A stretch of 64,000 nt of DNA from Acidimicrobiales bacterium (GTDB taxonomy: Bacteria; Actinomycetota; Acidimicrobiia; Acidimicrobiales; JAJPHE01). Of this stretch, positions 61,891-64,000 are shown in pieces. The position numbers and the translations under genes are program-made. How positions within the stretch are numbered: position 1 is the stretch's first letter; the number at the start of each line of letters is the position of its first letter. The DNA lies in the NCBI GenBank assembly GCA_035695125.1, contig DASSEU010000025.1:113526-177525 (forward strand). The letters run 5' to 3'. The notes under the pieces were generated by a model that worked only from the letters and a program-made list of their open reading frames with translations, did not search any database and was not told where the DNA came from.

Positions 61891-63065
61891 CCGATCCGGC
61901 GGCCCGGTCGGGGCTCGGGGAGACGACCCGATCGGTGCTGCGCCGGCCCCCGCCCGCCGGCGAGGCCGAGCGGGGCTCGGTGACGGCCGTGCACCAGTTC
62001 CTCCCCGCCCTCCTGCCCGGGGACGCCGTCGGGATGCACACCCTCGAGATGCGCAGGGCGCTGCAGGACGCCGGATTCGCGTCGGAGATCTTCGTCGAGG
62101 CCGTCCACGCCGAGCTCGAGGGCCAGGCCCGGCACTTCTCGGAGTTCCCGGGATTTGCCCGGGGGAGCGTCCTCCTCTACCAGCTGGCCACCGGATCCGT
62201 GCTGGCCGACTACGTGTTCTCCCGCCCCGAGCCCCTGGTGATCGACTACCACAACCTGACCCCGGCCGAGTTCTTCCGCGCCTGGGACACCGACGTGGCC
62301 AACGCCCTCGGGTGGGGACGCGCCCAGCTGGCCCATCTGGCACCCCGCACGTCGCTCGGAATGGCGGACTCCGCCTACAACGAGCTGGAGCTGATGGAGC
62401 TCGACTACCGGCGCACGGCGGTGGTGCCGATCCTGCTCGACGTGGAGGCGATGAGCGCCGACGTGGACACCGACTGCCTGGCGGCGTTGGAGAAGGTGAA
62501 GGCCGAGGGCGGCGCCGACCTCCTGTTCGTCGGCCGGCTGGCGCCGAACAAGGCCCAGCACGAGCTGATCAAGGCCCTGGTGATGTACCGCCGGGTGTAC
62601 GACCCCCGGGCCCGACTGCGCCTGATCGGACGGCCCGCCACCGACAGCTACGCCCGGGCCCTCGGCCGGTACGCGACCGAGCTGGGCGTGGCCGACGCCG
62701 TGATCATCCGGGAGCGCGTCTCGGGCGGCGAGCTCTCCGCCCACTACCGCGCCGCCGACGCCCTGGTAATCGTGTCGGAGCACGAGGGGTTCTGCGTGCC
62801 TGTGCTCGAGGCGATGCTGCACGGGACTCCGATCGTGGCCCGACCGTCCGGTGCGGTGGCCGAGACGCTCGGCCGGGCGGGGCTGACCGTCACCGACCGG
62901 TCCCCGGCCACGGTGGCGGCGGCTGTGCACCGCGTCGTCACCGACGACGCCCTGCGGCGGTCTCTGGTCGCGGCGGGCCATGAGCGGCTGGCGGAGTTCG
63001 ACCTGGCCCGCTCCCGCCGCAGGCTCATCGAGGCCCTCGCTCCACTGACCGGGGTCACCCCGTGA
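61887..63065 (+). CDS. GT4-family glycosyltransferase, paralogue of the preceding gene
   Basis: AVHQFLPALLPGD..., FVGRLAPNKAQHELI, and SEHEGFCVPVLEAMLHGTPIVA. GTGA overlap with the upstream gene. GTG 61980 is an alternative start. Confidence 0.85.
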   Translation: MTDPAARSGLGETTRSVLRRPPPAGEAERGSVTAVHQFLPALLPGDAVGMHTLEMRRALQDAGFASEIFVEAVHAELEGQARHFSEFPGFARGSVLLYQLATGSVLADYVFSRPEPLVIDYHNLTPAEFFRAWDTDVANALGWGRAQLAHLAPRTSLGMADSAYNELELMELDYRRTAVVPILLDVEAMSADVDTDCLAALEKVKAEGGADLLFVGRLAPNKAQHELIKALVMYRRVYDPRARLRLIGRPATDSYARALGRYATELGVADAVIIRERVSGGELSAHYRAADALVIVSEHEGFCVPVLEAMLHGTPIVARPSGAVAETLGRAGLTVTDRSPATVAAAVHRVVTDDALRRSLVAAGHERLAEFDLARSRRRLIEALAPLTGVTP

Positions 63066-64000
63066 AGCTGGCGTTCGTCGTGCCGCGCTACGGGGCCCAG
63101 GTGACCGGCGGCGCCGAGACCGCCGCCCGGATGCTGGCCGAGCGGCTGGTGGCGGCGTTCGGCTGGGAGGTGGAGGTGCTCACCACCTGCGCCCTCGACG
63201 CCATGACATGGAACGACGAGCTGGCCCCGGGGACCTCGGTCGAGGCGGGCGTCACCGTGCACCGCTTCGCGTCGCGCGCCGGGCGCGATTCCGGATTCCA
63301 CGACTACTCGGGTCCGCTGCTGACGCGTGCCGGCCAGGCGACCATGGAGGAGGCGGAGCGCTGGATCGACCTGCAGGGGCCGGTGTGCCCGGAGGTCGTC
63401 GACGCCGTGGCGGCATCGGACGCCGACGTGGTGGCGTTCTATCCGTACCTGTACTACCCGACGGTGCGGGGACTGCCGCGCGTGGCCGAGCGGGCCGTGC
63501 TGCACGCCGCCGCCCACGACGAGGCGCCCATCCGGCTCCCGGTGTTTCCGCCGGTGTTCGGGGCGGCGGCCGGGCTGGTGTTCCACACCTACGAGGAGCG
63601 CCGGCTGGTCCACCACCTCTTTCCCGTGGCCGAGCGTCATCAGGTCGTCCTGGGCATGGGCGTGGAGCCCCGGGACGCCGATCCGGTGGCGGCCCGCCGG
63701 CAGGCGGGAGTGGGGGAGCGGCCCTACGTGTGCTCGATAGGGCGGGTCGACAACCAGAAGGGGTCGGGTTCGCTGTGGCGCTTCTTCCTCTCCTACAAGG
63801 AGCGCAATCCCGGGCCACTGGCCCTGGTGCTGGTCGGGCAGGTGGTCGACCGGCCCCCCGCCCACCCCGACCTCGTCGTTACGGGTCCGGTCGACGAGGA
63901 CGTGAAGTGGGGGCTCCTCGCGGGATCCGAGGGCTGCATCTCCCCCTCGGCCATGGAGTCGTTCTCGCTGGTCGTAGTCGAGGCCTGGAGCGCCGGGGTG
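63062..64000 (+). CDS. GT4-family glycosyltransferase (3' end beyond window)
   Basis: My own translation of frame 2 from GTG 63062 gives VKLAFVVPRYGAQVTGGAETAARMLAERL...GRVDNQKGSG...PSAMESFSLVVVEAWSAG, open to the window end. It is absent from the ORF track only because no stop falls inside the window. Confidence 0.8.
   Translation, partial: MKLAFVVPRYGAQVTGGAETAARMLAERLVAAFGWEVEVLTTCALDAMTWNDELAPGTSVEAGVTVHRFASRAGRDSGFHDYSGPLLTRAGQATMEEAERWIDLQGPVCPEVVDAVAASDADVVAFYPYLYYPTVRGLPRVAERAVLHAAAHDEAPIRLPVFPPVFGAAAGLVFHTYEERRLVHHLFPVAERHQVVLGMGVEPRDADPVAARRQAGVGERPYVCSIGRVDNQKGSGSLWRFFLSYKERNPGPLALVLVGQVVDRPPAHPDLVVTGPVDEDVKWGLLAGSEGCISPSAMESFSLVVVEAWSAGV

Overview
This is a dense, very GC-rich (strongly GC3-biased) chromosomal segment of an Actinomycetota-type genome. 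Supporting signs: mycothiol-linked enzymes (class III ADH, DinB/MDMPI), several LLM/F420-type oxidoreductases, an LAxTG (sortase E) surface protein, and a block colinear with M. tuberculosis Rv1334-Rv1341 (mec-cysO-cysM ... murI-MBL-rph-rdgB).

I call about 70 protein genes, one tmRNA and one tRNA. I see no rRNA, CRISPR, transposase, integrase or phage genes.

Layout:
- 0-5.3 kb: secA (3' part)-prfB-ftsE-ftsX-M23 peptidase.
- 5.4-15.8 kb: mixed metabolism (MaoC, fused E1 alpha/beta, coaA, DtxR, AidB-like ACAD, P450, MFS).
- 15.8-21.4 kb: secreted and surface proteins.
- 21.6-32.2 kb: small-molecule redox enzymes, including a PPK2-PNPOx-PNPOx::UbiA operon.
- 32.2-36.5 kb: a visibly less GC-rich patch holding a hemerythrin-MarR-VOC operon with a readable promoter and operator.
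- 35.2-44.0 kb: a TetR-associated LLM/SDR/amidohydrolase/DegT-like/acyl-CoA-synthetase cluster.
- 44.1-45.0 kb: ssrA-smpB, inverted relative to prfB-ftsEX.
- 45.1-53.8 kb: housekeeping genes.
- 53.9-58.0 kb: the stand-out locus (below).
- 58.03 kb: a tRNA with anticodon UAG but a short variable loop.
- 58.2-64 kb: clpP, a Wzm-type permease without an ATPase, a methyltransferase and three GT4 glycosyltransferases.

The stand-out locus has three paralogous TasA/camelysin-like proteins with SipW-cognate leaders. They are followed by an S26B (SipW-type) signal peptidase carrying a long N-terminal coiled-coil extension, and by a fifth protein with the same leader. Together these look like a candidate TasA-like fibre/pilus module.

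Four-nucleotide NTGA start/stop overlaps are very common across the window. Many long antisense ORFs in the supplied track are GC-driven artefacts. All start codons are inferred by eye and several are flagged as uncertain.
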